Below, piece by piece: positions 41,004 to 52,682 of a stretch of DNA of 60,319 bases. The notes beneath the pieces are model-generated. The model did no database searches. It was given only the letters and a program-made list of their open reading frames with translations, and was not told the origin of the DNA. Origin of the DNA: a virus (taxonomy: Duplodnaviria; Heunggongvirae; Uroviricota; Caudoviricetes); the IMG/VR virus record IMGVR_UViG_2870495154_000003, one strand, 5' to 3'. Every line of letters begins with the position of its first letter. The first letter of the stretch is position 1. The translations under genes and the position numbers were made by a program.

Positions 41004-41659
41004 GTTTCGCGTTTCCGGTCATCAAAATTAACTACACCATTGACTACACCGTGCATCGTACAAGGGCAAACCGTGACGAACAATATCGAACAACCGCGAA
41101 CAAAGATCAACACGCTTTAATCATTATCATTTTCCGGCTATCCGTCATGAAGCTGGTGGATGATCTGCGTGGTGATTTCCACCATTCAGAGCAGGGGCGG
41201 TCATCATGACCATGCCATAACAAAAACCCCATATTCGTGGTTTTTCTGTGTCGGGGCTATTCTGCTGTTGCCGTGCTGGTGGATATTCTCCGGTATGCGG
41301 CTCCCCATATCGGCATCAGGCCCACCAGCGTGAAGCGTTTTTCATTTTTCGCGGGTATAAAAAATCGATGGGGCTGGCAGTCCTGAAGACGTCAGGGTAC
41401 AGAGATTTGACCCGCCCCTCCCTGTGCATGAGCACAATAAGTAACCGAAGGCGGAATTCCGCCCTCGGTACTTACATATGAGAAACGATATTTCTTCCAC
41501 CGATACCCTTTATTTGGGTATTGCGAGTAAGCCCCAAAATCTGGGTGTTACTCTTACTACCCAAACTACGGGTAGTTTCCGTAGTTTCATGGTCGAGTTG
41601 CAAATCTGCAACTCACCCACCAGCCAACGCAATTTTGCGTTATCGGGAATATCAGCAAG

Positions 41660-42034
41660 TTACCGCCGCAGTCGTTCCGGCTTCTTCCACTGGTAAGTAT
41701 TTTTCGCGCTCTCCCTCCGTTGTTGAGAACGGCGACGGTATGCCAGCAACTCAAGGACTCTGGTTCGTATGTTGCGCATATCCACGCCGTTAAGCTCAAT
41801 ACCATCACGGCGCATCACCTCAGCAACAACACGCGCGTAATTTTCGGCTATCACGCTGTCCGGCTGCGTGGCCTCCTGTTCGCCAGCCTGCTGGCTGATT
41901 CCGGTAATACTGCGGATTATCCCGAGCGCTTCGGTCTCGGTCATGGTCATGGCCTCCATAGTGATGGCGGGTCCTCCTTGTGGGGTGCCCTGCCACGGGG
42001 CGGGAGCATCGCGGAAAAAGGCTAGTTTTTGCAT
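41660..42034 (-). CDS. Hypothetical protein 124 aa (copy D/E junction)
   Basis: Identical to 10203..10577. Confidence 0.4.
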   Translation of the reverse strand: MQKLAFFRDAPAPWQGTPQGGPAITMEAMTMTETEALGIIRSITGISQQAGEQEATQPDSVIAENYARVVAEVMRRDGIELNGVDMRNIRTRVLELLAYRRRSQQRRESAKNTYQWKKPERLRR

Positions 42035-42195
42035 TTTTATTCGTCATCACCACCAATGCAATATATTGATATGACTTGATGTTTTATTTTTCGGTGTCGA
42101 TTTCGATTGTTTTTTGTTCATCACTGACGCATAACGCCCACCAGCGCAACGCTGAAAGCCAGTCAGTAAACTGGCTTAGGTCATTGTGCACTACG

Positions 42196-42738
42196 TTACT
42201 TGTCTTTATCCGACTGAAACTTATCAGGCACATTTCCGGTAGTTTCCATCAGATAATCGGACAGCATTCGCGGGATGTTTTCATCAAGTTTTGTGCATGC
42301 GTTACAGGCTCTGACAACTTCTTTTTTCAGGCCATCCAGCATGGCGGGGGTCATCTGTGGGAAGCTCCTTTGCATAGTAAGCGGCAGGCTGCCCATGATT
42401 GAAGAAATCTGACTCGCCAGTTTTGAAAGCGCATATATACAAAATTCCGTACTAATCACATCGCCGCGTTCGCGCTCGTTTTTAAGCTCCTGCGCCTCCG
42501 CCTGCGCTGTCAGCAATCTGATCCTGACTCGCAAAAGCTCATCATTATCAATCTCGCCTTTGTCGTCTGTAATCTGGTTAATTGCATTGCTAACCCGATT
42601 GTCTATTACGCTGGCAACATCATAAAACGCCTCGCGGCCTTTACGTTCAACGGGAGTCACTCCCCACTTGTCGAACGCTGTCGCACTTACACGGCAGCTT
42701 TGCGCCATGTTTTTTTTGTTCATCAGGTGCGATTTCAT
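42196..42738 (-). CDS. Terminase small subunit, Nu1-like (copy E)
   Basis: Identical to 252..794. Confidence 0.8.
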   Translation of the reverse strand: MKSHLMNKKNMAQSCRVSATAFDKWGVTPVERKGREAFYDVASVIDNRVSNAINQITDDKGEIDNDELLRVRIRLLTAQAEAQELKNERERGDVISTEFCIYALSKLASQISSIMGSLPLTMQRSFPQMTPAMLDGLKKEVVRACNACTKLDENIPRMLSDYLMETTGNVPDKFQSDKDK

Positions 42739-42939
42739 CAATATCCCCACTTAAGTAATGTTTCAGGTTGGTGTATTGGCTTTATCTTTTCCTTTTTATT
42801 CATAGAGATAGAGCGAACAACAAAACCACCACCAGCACCCGAAAAAGGCTCATAAATAGCGAAAACCCGCGAGGTCGCCGCCCCGTAACCTACCGGATCG
42901 CCGGAAAGGACCCGCCAGCCAGAACGGGCCCTAATTTCA

Positions 42940-43323
42940 TCAACCAATCAACTTATAGCGACCATCCCGTGCATTGCGACGTACACGCTCAATCTTGAGG
43001 CATAGCGCCGCATCTGGCTTTTTTGGGACAGGTACGCGGCAATATTCAGAAGCTCGAGGAATATTGTTTATCCAGTCGATCACTTCACTTAAATACCAGG
43101 CCTTACGCCCTTTCGTAACCTGTACGCGTTCGGGGAACTCTCCGCGAGCCTCAAGGTTTAGCAATGTGCGACGGCTAAGGGTAGTAAGTTCCATCACCTG
43201 ATTCATATCAACAAGGCGTTCACTTAAACGCATTTTGTCAGCAATAGCCTTTAATTCCTCTACTGCTGGATCCGGATACATCATTTCGGCAATTGGCTTA
43301 AGGTCATTGTAATGATTCTGCAT
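42940..43323 (-). CDS. AlpA/Xis-like HTH protein (copy E)
   Basis: Identical to 996..1379. Confidence 0.6.
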   Translation of the reverse strand: MQNHYNDLKPIAEMMYPDPAVEELKAIADKMRLSERLVDMNQVMELTTLSRRTLLNLEARGEFPERVQVTKGRKAWYLSEVIDWINNIPRASEYCRVPVPKKPDAALCLKIERVRRNARDGRYKLIG

Positions 43324-43334
43324 TGTATCCCCCT

Positions 43335-43676
43335 TTACACACGAGCCAGCGGCTGAACAGAAATACCTGAGCCAACAAACGCGGCAACCTTTGCCGACAG
43401 TTCTTTTACAGACTCAGGCCAGTTCAGAGCATCAACATTTAAAACACCTGTCTTATAAACCTGTGCCTGTGTTTTTTTCGCTGTGTCGATTTGTACAGCG
43501 GAAACATAAACCGCTTTACCTACGCTCGAACCATCCCATACCACCAGTGCACCTGTTGCATCTTCCTGCATCAGTGGCGTAAATGCAGGAATTACCCCTT
43601 TATTAGCTGAAAATATCCCCAGCGTAGTCACCAGTGCTTCAGTGCCAGCCATGAGTTCAGTGTAATGAGTAGCCAT
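43335..43676 (-). CDS. gpD-like head decoration protein (copy E)
   Basis: Identical to 1391..1732. Confidence 0.75.
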   Translation of the reverse strand: MATHYTELMAGTEALVTTLGIFSANKGVIPAFTPLMQEDATGALVVWDGSSVGKAVYVSAVQIDTAKKTQAQVYKTGVLNVDALNWPESVKELSAKVAAFVGSGISVQPLARV

Positions 43677-43685
43677 TGCTCCCCC

Positions 43686-44732
43686 TTAGCCAATGCGAAC
43701 GGTAACAAAACGATTGATGCGGGCCGGTATTGGCTGTGGTGCTGAATGTGTCTGCACATATTCAATAGCCGGATCACCAGGCACAATATAGTTTTTCGGT
43801 GCAAGTTCGGCTTTAGTCAGCCCCATTCGGATTAGCTCCGGATCCTGAATACCGCCATAGGCGACAATCCCCTGAAGAGCCGTATTGCCAAGCACCATCA
43901 AATCAGGATCAAGGAAATGTTTTTCTGTTCCGTCCTCGTCGGTATAACGCCCGCTGTAAACAACAATCGCAACATCGCCCATATACCCTTTAAAACTCAC
44001 CGAATCACCAAGGTCTTTAAGGGCCGTTTCCAGTTCGGAATTAGAACCACGACGGGTATCCAAAGCCTCTTTTATCGCTCTGAATGAACGGTATTTCTTC
44101 CATACATTACCACCCATAATGATGATATTAGTGACGCCCTCACTAAATTCTGCGTAGCTCTCAATATCATCATTTGGATCAAAAGTTTCTTTATCCTTAC
44201 CTGACCACTCAGTACCGCCAGACTGAGTGATGATATTTTGTGGTTTTATATTCCAGTCCAGCTCATAACGTTCAATACCATCGCCCTCAATGATATTTTT
44301 CCCCGTTGTGATTGCCTGAACAGCAAGCCATTCAATACGTGCACGAATAGCTTTAGCCTGATTTACAATCGCCTGTTTAACTTTAATATTACGCGCCCCA
44401 AAAGCATTGTATTGCTCAGGTGACACACCAGCAGGGCGCACAGCTAACTTATTTGGATCAATGCTGCTTTTCGGCTTCATATAACCTGGACGAATTGTTT
44501 TTGATTCGTATCCCTCATCTCGTGAAACTTTACTGCCCACCATAGGAGAGCAAAACGCCGCGATCGGGATATTTGGATCGTCGATCGTATCAAGAATAAT
44601 GTCTCTCGATTCAAACATTACCGAGCGAGTGAAAAACAAACTGGTAAACAACGCATTTAATTTTTTTTGCACATCTTCAGCATTAGCCACCTGCACAAGC
44701 TGTGTAGGCGAATATAAATCAACCATACTCAT
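43686..44732 (-). CDS. gpE-like major capsid protein (copy E)
   Basis: Identical to 1742..2788. Confidence 0.85.
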   Translation of the reverse strand: MSMVDLYSPTQLVQVANAEDVQKKLNALFTSLFFTRSVMFESRDIILDTIDDPNIPIAAFCSPMVGSKVSRDEGYESKTIRPGYMKPKSSIDPNKLAVRPAGVSPEQYNAFGARNIKVKQAIVNQAKAIRARIEWLAVQAITTGKNIIEGDGIERYELDWNIKPQNIITQSGGTEWSGKDKETFDPNDDIESYAEFSEGVTNIIIMGGNVWKKYRSFRAIKEALDTRRGSNSELETALKDLGDSVSFKGYMGDVAIVVYSGRYTDEDGTEKHFLDPDLMVLGNTALQGIVAYGGIQDPELIRMGLTKAELAPKNYIVPGDPAIEYVQTHSAPQPIPARINRFVTVRIG

Positions 44733-44943
44733 CCTCTTTACATTCATTACAAATAATTGTGAATATATTCTATTACCGATGTCTGCTATGCGAATACATG
44801 CAACCAAGTGCAATGTTGTATAAAATATGCCGTAACAACTTCAGTGCTGATAATTCGTGTTAATGTATTTACTTCCTTTGGTCGGGATTTATGTAGCATG
44901 CCGGAAAATCTATTTTTTTCCGGCATCTTTTTGTTTGCAGAAT

Positions 44944-45366
44944 TTAAAACGGTATATTATCGCCGTACGGATCATCATTCCCCGACTGTTGTTTTGCCCT
45001 GTTCAGTGCGTCAGTGGCCTGCCCCTGCTGGCCTTTTTTGCCGCCCGGTCGCGCCGTTCGCGCACTGATTACACTGTCTGCGATAACCTGCCAGCCCTGC
45101 CGCGTTTCGCCGTTCTGGCCTGTCCACTGGCTTACCTGCATGTTACCCGCCACGCTCACCAATTCGCCTTTGTGGTGTTTTGCCAGTGCGTCGGCCTGTC
45201 TGCCAAACGCCAGGACGGATAACCACATCGTCGCCGTTCCGTCATCTGCCTGGCTGCACGGCAGGGGAACCGCCATACTCGCCATCGCCATTTGTGTCCC
45301 TTTGCTGGTGGTCTTTAACTGCGGGTCAGCCACCAGCCGCCCGTAAGCCGCTATCTGTGCTGTCAT
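44944..45366 (-). CDS. ssb: Single-stranded DNA-binding protein (copy E)
   Basis: Identical to 3000..3422. Confidence 0.8.
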   Translation of the reverse strand: MTAQIAAYGRLVADPQLKTTSKGTQMAMASMAVPLPCSQADDGTATMWLSVLAFGRQADALAKHHKGELVSVAGNMQVSQWTGQNGETRQGWQVIADSVISARTARPGGKKGQQGQATDALNRAKQQSGNDDPYGDNIPF

Positions 45367-45608
45367 GCTGTCTGCTCTCCGGTTTTAACGTTGATGGTTG
45401 TCACCTGTTCCGCTTCGGCAATCTCCCGTTCTGTCAGCGTGGCAAAGTTTGCAGCTGCCGTTGTCATGAATGAGCTAATCAGTTCGGGATGTGCTTTCGC
45501 ATATCCTTCCCCGGCGTTGCGGTCGATGATTTTTATCGACACCCTTAACCAGTGTTCCGTCAAATCAAGGGCGTGCGATTGTGATTTTTTTGTGTGCTTC
45601 GCTGTCAT
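45363..45608 (-). CDS. Hypothetical protein 81 aa (copy E)
   Basis: Identical to 3419..3664. Confidence 0.45.
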   Translation of the reverse strand: MTAKHTKKSQSHALDLTEHWLRVSIKIIDRNAGEGYAKAHPELISSFMTTAAANFATLTEREIAEAEQVTTINVKTGEQTA

Positions 45609-45895
45609 AGGCTTTATCTCACAGCAGTAAATTAAAATTTTTGCGTTTTAACCCTTCACCTGTTCACCTTTTGATATTTTATCTTTTAATTCATAATGTT
45701 AAGGGGTGAACAGTTTCACAAAAACTATTCACCAACTGTTCACCACTGTTCACCCTTGAAGCTCAATAAACAATCAAAAAGGTGAACAGTGAATAGTTTG
45801 GTGAACAGTTCATAAATAACTGTTCACCCTATAACATACTGATACAAAAGATATTTATGACAGGGTGAACAGTGGTGAACAGTTATTCCATAAGT

Positions 45896-47713
45896 TTAAT
45901 TTTTGCTATCGTCATTAGTGACCGATACACATGATGGCATCCAGTCTTCTGATTCCTCCGTCAGTGTCACGTTTGAACGCAAACCGTGCTTCGTTTTCCG
46001 TTTCATATACTCCCTGCCATATTCCGCCATTGCCCCCGGCATATCTTTACCGAAGCGCGTCAGTGTTACAGGTTTACCAAACCCATGTGCCTTCATATAA
46101 GCCAGATAGGCATGATAGAGATACCTGCGCGGGCTGAATGGCACAATTTCAGCATTACCCACTAACAGGCCATCACACATTACCGACGCCATGAGATAGC
46201 CGCAGAAGTCCACCAGCGAATCACCTTCACGCTTTATCGCGAGTGCTTCTTCTGATTTCTGCTGCTCATATAAAAGGCGTCTGGCTTCGTCCTGGTCAGC
46301 AAACCGTGTAAGCAGATGACGAATCACTACCGCCAGCTCACCTTCTATTTTTTCCGCCAGCATTGAATCGCGTTCGTTCTCCGGTACAACTTCCGAAAAA
46401 TTGAATATCACCCGACGGCGCGAGATCCCCCCACTGCGGTCACTGAATGACATAGCGTTATTGTTAACCGCCAGCACTACTGCCGGGATACGCGTTGAAT
46501 ATGGGGCTTTATGTTTTGGGTCGATTGCCACCTTGTCACCGCCTGTAATAGCCTTAATTCCCGCCCCATCACCAGCGTAGCGGGTCATATCCGGCATGAT
46601 AATCAGCGAAAAGCCAACCACTAACGCGCGTTCCCTTGCATCTTCCAGCGCCTTCATGCTCGCTGATACTGTATTAGCCTTACCCGCCAGCATGGTGCAA
46701 ATCTCCGCCATCACGCTTTTACCACTTCCCCCTGGACCTGTTACCTCAATGAATAACTGCCAGTCGTACCGGTTCGCCAGCACCATGAATAATGCAGCCA
46801 GTACGCGATCCGCCTTGCGGTCATTCTCAGCCACCGAACGGCGTAACCACTTCCAGAAATTCGGCGCATGTGTTGCCAGCGTTTCCCCCTCTGCTGGTGG
46901 GCTGAAAGGTAATTCACTGGCAATTAACAACCAGTCGTTTTTGTTATGCTCCCGAAAATTACCTGTTCTGGTATCAAATACCCCGTTACTGAATCCAATC
47001 AGGTTACGGGCTGTATTCCCCATTACAGGCAAACTTAACTTCATGGTATCGACCGCCGATTTAATGGCGTTCTGCGAATAGCTGATCTCCGCATCAATGA
47101 AAATCTGTGCCATAGCTCGCTGTAATTCTTTATCCTGTACTGGCTCCCATACAACGCCGTTGTAATGGTGAACAGTGTCAGAGTCAGCATGAATCGCCAG
47201 TTCACCGCCATAATGTGCCAGGAGAACTTCGCCGCGTTGACTTGCTCCCATCTGGTTAAGCGCCAGTGATGAAGCGTTATCGTCTTTTACCCGCTCTTTT
47301 TTCTTTACAGGCAGTTCAACTACCTTTTTCTTTTCCGCCAGCTCTCCCCGCTCACGTTCCAGATATTCGCGCCAGTTCTCCCGTTTCTGGCTGTGCATTC
47401 CTTCAGGGTAATAATCAGCATCCCTGACACCTGCCGCTGCCAGTTTCTGCCCGATGGTATTAACAAGCCCCGGACGCAATAACCCCGCCTGGTAGAGACG
47501 CACGCGATAGCGTCCGTCCGGTACGATTTGCAGGTTGTCCAGTTCGGCAAGTTGTTGCTCTCCAAGCCAGACAGGTGGCACGTTATCGCCAGCCAGTCGC
47601 CCGTCCTGTTCCTGCCACTGCGTCGCATGTGCCCACGCATCACTACCCGCAAAAATGATGACTTCCGTCATTTTGTCACGCGGCTGGTGTTTTAAATTTG
47701 GCGCTTTTTTCAT
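45896..47713 (-). CDS. Primase-helicase (copy E)
   Basis: Identical to 3952..5769. Confidence 0.85.
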   Translation of the reverse strand: MKKAPNLKHQPRDKMTEVIIFAGSDAWAHATQWQEQDGRLAGDNVPPVWLGEQQLAELDNLQIVPDGRYRVRLYQAGLLRPGLVNTIGQKLAAAGVRDADYYPEGMHSQKRENWREYLERERGELAEKKKVVELPVKKKERVKDDNASSLALNQMGASQRGEVLLAHYGGELAIHADSDTVHHYNGVVWEPVQDKELQRAMAQIFIDAEISYSQNAIKSAVDTMKLSLPVMGNTARNLIGFSNGVFDTRTGNFREHNKNDWLLIASELPFSPPAEGETLATHAPNFWKWLRRSVAENDRKADRVLAALFMVLANRYDWQLFIEVTGPGGSGKSVMAEICTMLAGKANTVSASMKALEDARERALVVGFSLIIMPDMTRYAGDGAGIKAITGGDKVAIDPKHKAPYSTRIPAVVLAVNNNAMSFSDRSGGISRRRVIFNFSEVVPENERDSMLAEKIEGELAVVIRHLLTRFADQDEARRLLYEQQKSEEALAIKREGDSLVDFCGYLMASVMCDGLLVGNAEIVPFSPRRYLYHAYLAYMKAHGFGKPVTLTRFGKDMPGAMAEYGREYMKRKTKHGLRSNVTLTEESEDWMPSCVSVTNDDSKN

Positions 47714-48003
47714 TTCTGCTCTCTCCACGCGGCAATCATGTTTTTCAGTTCCTGTAGTTTTTTATCCACACGTGACACATGGTTATTTCTGGAAAGCGGG
47801 ATTTCCCGCCTGAATCTGCTAATAAAGATCTCCACGTTCAGCGAACTATGAAATGAATAGCCATCACGAATAAAATAAACACGGTCAAACATCAGTTCTT
47901 TTACCGTTACTCTGTTACCGTTCTTATCCAGATAAATAGCGCCGGGGATAATTTTTGGGTGTGCATAACCGCTGGCAGTCAAGCCAGATAAATATGTTCT
48001 CAT
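47710..48003 (-). CDS. Hypothetical protein 97 aa (copy E)
   Basis: Identical to 5766..6059. Confidence 0.5.
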   Translation of the reverse strand: MRTYLSGLTASGYAHPKIIPGAIYLDKNGNRVTVKELMFDRVYFIRDGYSFHSSLNVEIFISRFRREIPLSRNNHVSRVDKKLQELKNMIAAWREQK

Positions 48004-48009
48004 GATTAT

Positions 48010-48330
48010 TTATCCCCGATTTGAATCAGTATTCGCTTTCTTTATGGCATTTAATGCATCTGTGGCATTTTCAATGGTGCACCGTAACGAAATATCAAAC
48101 TGCCCAAGCATTGCCAGTAACAAGCCAATATTCCCCATGTCAATGCGCATAGCCTTTTCGTCATATTCCTCATTTTCTGACGCATGCCACATCAGGCTAC
48201 CAATTGACGCAACAGCCATTGATATATTGTCAGTAGCCCCATCCGCAGCGGAATAAACCTTTTTAGCAATATCATGCTCACAGTTAAAATGCGGATTAAT
48301 CAGGTACTGGTAATTTGACATATCAGGCAT
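48010..48330 (-). CDS. Hypothetical protein 106 aa (copy E)
   Basis: Identical to 6066..6386. Confidence 0.45.
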   Translation of the reverse strand: MPDMSNYQYLINPHFNCEHDIAKKVYSAADGATDNISMAVASIGSLMWHASENEEYDEKAMRIDMGNIGLLLAMLGQFDISLRCTIENATDALNAIKKANTDSNRG

Positions 48331-48862
48331 GGCACACCCCCTGGCGAATACGGGCGGCGAATACAGCAACACAACCGGACGGGCAGCGGTTACGCGCTTC
48401 ACGTTCCGTCCAGGCGGTGACGTGGATGATTTGATGGTCTGACGCGCCAAAGATGATAAAGCGCCAGAGAAAGGCGGTTTGAGAATGTACAAGGGTAGGG
48501 ATAGTAGCCATGTTGGCAGCCTCCTTTGACAGTGAAGAATTTCCACCGCAGGAAACGCCAATTTCGCTGGCGGTGGACTGAACGGGGTTGGCGTAACCGG
48601 CGTCAAAGGGAACCGGCGCTTCCGAAGAAGCCCCCGCCCAGCCCACCATAACTTTGATGTGAGCGAATGCGGACGATAAAAAAGACGCTGGCGCGTCATA
48701 TATCGCCTTTGACATTTCCAGGACGCCAATCCCGGCACCAGATTTTGCTGGTGCGGATAAATCATAGCCCTGGCTTGCAGTGGCGATCAACTGGTTTTTT
48801 ACACCCGCTTTATTCAGGTTGTGCGAGTCCCGCCCTTGCGGGTGTGTGGTATGATTTCTCAT
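48323..48862 (-). CDS. Hypothetical Ala/Gly/Ser-rich protein (copy E)
   Basis: Identical to 6379..6918. Confidence 0.3.
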   Translation of the reverse strand: MRNHTTHPQGRDSHNLNKAGVKNQLIATASQGYDLSAPAKSGAGIGVLEMSKAIYDAPASFLSSAFAHIKVMVGWAGASSEAPVPFDAGYANPVQSTASEIGVSCGGNSSLSKEAANMATIPTLVHSQTAFLWRFIIFGASDHQIIHVTAWTEREARNRCPSGCVAVFAARIRQGVCHA

Positions 48863-49061
48863 AGCGACCTCGATACTATCGTTATCGTTGGTGGTTAGAA
48901 GCCCCGTTACTGCTCCAACAGTGCGGGGTTTCGTCGTTTCTGCACCTTGCATCAACAAGGTGTTGAACACCAATGTAAACTCAGGTGTTGAACACGTCAA
49001 GTGTTGAACACTTGTTTTTTTTCCTGCATACTGCATTTGTTTTTTGTGAGGGGTACACAAC

Positions 49062-49241
49062 ATGGCGACAAAAGCAGTAAACGCAAAATCACAAACAGTT
49101 GCGGCAAGGGTTCCGCATGAAGTTATGAACAATGTTGAGGCGGTAAAAATGCCTGGTGAAAGTACAGGGCAATTTGTAACAGCAGCATTAAAGCGAGAAG
49201 TTGAATACCGCCAGCGACGCAAGGCTAAAGAGCAAGAATAA
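49062..49241 (+). CDS. RHH-like small regulator (copy E)
   Basis: Identical to 7118..7297. Confidence 0.55.
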   Translation: MATKAVNAKSQTVAARVPHEVMNNVEAVKMPGESTGQFVTAALKREVEYRQRRKAKEQE

Positions 49242-49298
49242 TCACTATCAGCGCTGTGGTGTGAGGTACTCCGGCGCATTGCTTTACAGGTCGGCACT

Positions 49299-49508
49299 AT
49301 GAGCAAAAAATACCTATCCACTGAAGAGATTTTCGCAGAACAACGAAGATTGCTTTTACAGAGCATTGTTGCACGCCAGAAAGAAAAGGCACACGCTAAA
49401 CAAATGCCACCAAATACAGAACCAGCGCCTACAAAATTTGCGCTTGATGAGTTTCTCAATAAACAGCCCCGGGTAATGAAAGCTAACAGGAACCGCCCAC
49501 CAGGCTGA
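49299..49508 (+). CDS. Hypothetical protein 69 aa (copy E)
   Basis: Identical to 7355..7564. Confidence 0.4.
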   Translation: MSKKYLSTEEIFAEQRRLLLQSIVARQKEKAHAKQMPPNTEPAPTKFALDEFLNKQPRVMKANRNRPPG

Positions 49509-49622
49509 TCACATTGCCCACCAGCCAGCAAATCGCTATGATGGCTGGGCTTATGTTTAGTGTATTCCCACTGGCGACCTCTGATCCGGGTCGCCTTTGT
49601 TTTATGTGTCATATGCCCCCCT

Positions 49623-49832
49623 TTACGCTGCCTTGCCTGAATTAATGCGATCCCGGCTTTTAACCCATTCCATAACCTCGGACAGCAGCCAACCTACAGA
49701 ACGACCGCCCAGATTACGGCGTGACGGGAAATTCCCTTTTTTCTCCAGTTCATAGCGTGTAGTGCGACACACTCCAGTTAACTTACGACATTCATCCTCA
49801 CGGATTACGCGATCTTCATTTATTTCACGCAT
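49623..49832 (-). CDS. alpA: AlpA-family regulator (copy E)
   Basis: Identical to 7679..7888. Confidence 0.8.
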   Translation of the reverse strand: MREINEDRVIREDECRKLTGVCRTTRYELEKKGNFPSRRNLGGRSVGWLLSEVMEWVKSRDRINSGKAA

Positions 49833-50251
49833 ACAAAAACCTACATAAAAAATTACGTATATAAACTTTTCTCTTAGCTGTAGATATATGAGATCGGATA
49901 TTACTTAGATTCTTTTTTCACCTCTTAAATTAAAAACACAACCTTGCTAAAGGCTTTGTTCGCTAAGGTTCGTAGAAGCTCGTTAGTGTTTAAAATCGTG
50001 TCACGAGTTTTTAAGCGATGCAACAAAAAATGTCGTTATTTGGCATTACGCTTGAATTATCTCATTAAAAACAAATAGATAAACCATCAAGTGTTGGAAC
50101 AATCAAGAAACAGAGAATAAAAGTTCAGAAGAAGACATTCCAATTTTTTGATGGTTGACATATATAAAGCGAAGATATTTGCAGATATTTTCCGATATTC
50201 TACGATTTATTCACGGCTGTAATCTCTTAAAGAAAAAACAGCCGTAATTTG

Positions 50252-51490
50252 TCAAGAATTTTGGGTGTAAATTCGCGGGGTCATAACAACGATTTTTTCA
50301 TCATTGTTCTGGAGAAGCTCGAGACGGTCTACCCATAGATTAAGAGCATCACGTTTTGCATCAAGATAACGGGAGTGGTTATAGACTCGTTGCATCCCCG
50401 GCATCTGGTGGGCGGTAAGCTGCTCGACAATATGCGGATCCACGCCTAAATCGTTCAGCATGGTTGTAAATGTGTGCCGGATGTCATGCAACGACCAGGG
50501 GGCTTGATTAATGCGTCTGTGTGCCGTTCTTCCGTACTCTGCTACGGATGATTGCCCTTTCAGTTCTCCAAGCAATAAGCCCGTGTGCCTGTTCTTCTCC
50601 ACCAGCTTCATGACAAACGGCAAGATCGCTTCCGGTATTGGCCTGAATATTGCTACCTTCGTTTTGCTGTGTTCTTTCGGCACAGTCCAGAGCATTTCTT
50701 TAAAATCCCATTCCTGAACCTCGGAGCGTCTTAGCTCAGTGGTACGGCATCCAAAGACAATCAGAAGGCGAATTAAGGCGCTGTAGTACGGCGGGAAAAT
50801 TTTTTCATCCAGTGCGCGGAGTAGCTCGCCAAGCTCCTTGTTTGTTAGCACTCGCTCGCTTATTTCTGCTTTTTTTCCCACATCACCTACGACCATATCA
50901 TCAAGAACGTTACTGACGGCGTAGCGACGTTTACGGCAGTACTTAAGCGCCTGCTTGCATACCTGCAACAAAAAGCCGGCTGATACCGGATTACGCTTAG
51001 CAAGCTGGTCAAAACAGGCCAGCCAGTGGCGTAGCTCGCATTTATCCAGCGGCATAGCACCAATCTGGCTGATTATGTGCTTATTGATACGGCTTTTCAG
51101 TGATTCGTGGTCAGTGCGCTTTTCCTTCGCATACGACTCAAGCCAGTAAGTGAGCGCGTCCTTAACCGTCACAGGGGCTAACGCTTCCTGCACTGTGTGA
51201 TTAAGCTCATGGCGTGGATTTTTCCCCTCCGCCAGCCAGGCGCGACACTGTGCCGCTTTTTCCCTGGCTGCTTTCAGGCTCAGATCGGGATAGTTGCCCA
51301 GTCTCAGGCGTTCCGGTGATACCTGCCTGCCAGTTCCGGCCCTGTAAGTGAAATACCAGGTTAACAGGCCGCTGGTGGAATGTCTTACGCTAAGATTGCC
51401 ACCGTCATTAAAAAAGGCGTTTTTTGTGGTTGGTGATCCGCTTAATTTTCGTAAAAGAGTGTCGCTAAGTCTATGAATTGCGCTGCTCAT
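50252..51490 (-). CDS. int: Tyrosine integrase (copy E)
   Basis: Identical to 8308..9546. Confidence 0.9.
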   Translation of the reverse strand: MSSAIHRLSDTLLRKLSGSPTTKNAFFNDGGNLSVRHSTSGLLTWYFTYRAGTGRQVSPERLRLGNYPDLSLKAAREKAAQCRAWLAEGKNPRHELNHTVQEALAPVTVKDALTYWLESYAKEKRTDHESLKSRINKHIISQIGAMPLDKCELRHWLACFDQLAKRNPVSAGFLLQVCKQALKYCRKRRYAVSNVLDDMVVGDVGKKAEISERVLTNKELGELLRALDEKIFPPYYSALIRLLIVFGCRTTELRRSEVQEWDFKEMLWTVPKEHSKTKVAIFRPIPEAILPFVMKLVEKNRHTGLLLGELKGQSSVAEYGRTAHRRINQAPWSLHDIRHTFTTMLNDLGVDPHIVEQLTAHQMPGMQRVYNHSRYLDAKRDALNLWVDRLELLQNNDEKIVVMTPRIYTQNS

Positions 51491-52146
51491 GTTTCGCGTT
51501 TCCGGTCATCAAAATTAACTACACCATTGACTACACCGTGCATCGTACAAGGGCAAACCGTGACGAACAATATCGAACAACCGCGAACAAAGATCAACAC
51601 GCTTTAATCATTATCATTTTCCGGCTATCCGTCATGAAGCTGGTGGATGATCTGCGTGGTGATTTCCACCATTCAGAGCAGGGGCGGTCATCATGACCAT
51701 GCCATAACAAAAACCCCATATTCGTGGTTTTTCTGTGTCGGGGCTATTCTGCTGTTGCCGTGCTGGTGGATATTCTCCGGTATGCGGCTCCCCATATCGG
51801 CATCAGGCCCACCAGCGTGAAGCGTTTTTCATTTTTCGCGGGTATAAAAAATCGATGGGGCTGGCAGTCCTGAAGACGTCAGGGTACAGAGATTTGACCC
51901 GCCCCTCCCTGTGCATGAGCACAATAAGTAACCGAAGGCGGAATTCCGCCCTCGGTACTTACATATGAGAAACGATATTTCTTCCACCGATACCCTTTAT
52001 TTGGGTATTGCGAGTAAGCCCCAAAATCTGGGTGTTACTCTTACTACCCAAACTACGGGTAGTTTCCGTAGTTTCATGGTCGAGTTGCAAATCTGCAACT
52101 CACCCACCAGCCAACGCAATTTTGCGTTATCGGGAATATCAGCAAG

Positions 52147-52521
52147 TTACCGCCGCAGTCGTTCCGGCTTCTTCCACTGGTAAGTATTTTTCGCGCTCTC
52201 CCTCCGTTGTTGAGAACGGCGACGGTATGCCAGCAACTCAAGGACTCTGGTTCGTATGTTGCGCATATCCACGCCGTTAAGCTCAATACCATCACGGCGC
52301 ATCACCTCAGCAACAACACGCGCGTAATTTTCGGCTATCACGCTGTCCGGCTGCGTGGCCTCCTGTTCGCCAGCCTGCTGGCTGATTCCGGTAATACTGC
52401 GGATTATCCCGAGCGCTTCGGTCTCGGTCATGGTCATGGCCTCCATAGTGATGGCGGGTCCTCCTTGTGGGGTGCCCTGCCACGGGGCGGGAGCATCGCG
52501 GAAAAAGGCTAGTTTTTGCAT
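52147..52521 (-). CDS. Hypothetical protein 124 aa (copy E/F junction)
   Basis: Identical to 10203..10577. Confidence 0.4.
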   Translation of the reverse strand: MQKLAFFRDAPAPWQGTPQGGPAITMEAMTMTETEALGIIRSITGISQQAGEQEATQPDSVIAENYARVVAEVMRRDGIELNGVDMRNIRTRVLELLAYRRRSQQRRESAKNTYQWKKPERLRR

Positions 52522-52682
52522 TTTTATTCGTCATCACCACCAATGCAATATATTGATATGACTTGATGTTTTATTTTTCGGTGTCGATTTCGATTGTTTT
52601 TTGTTCATCACTGACGCATAACGCCCACCAGCGCAACGCTGAAAGCCAGTCAGTAAACTGGCTTAGGTCATTGTGCACTACG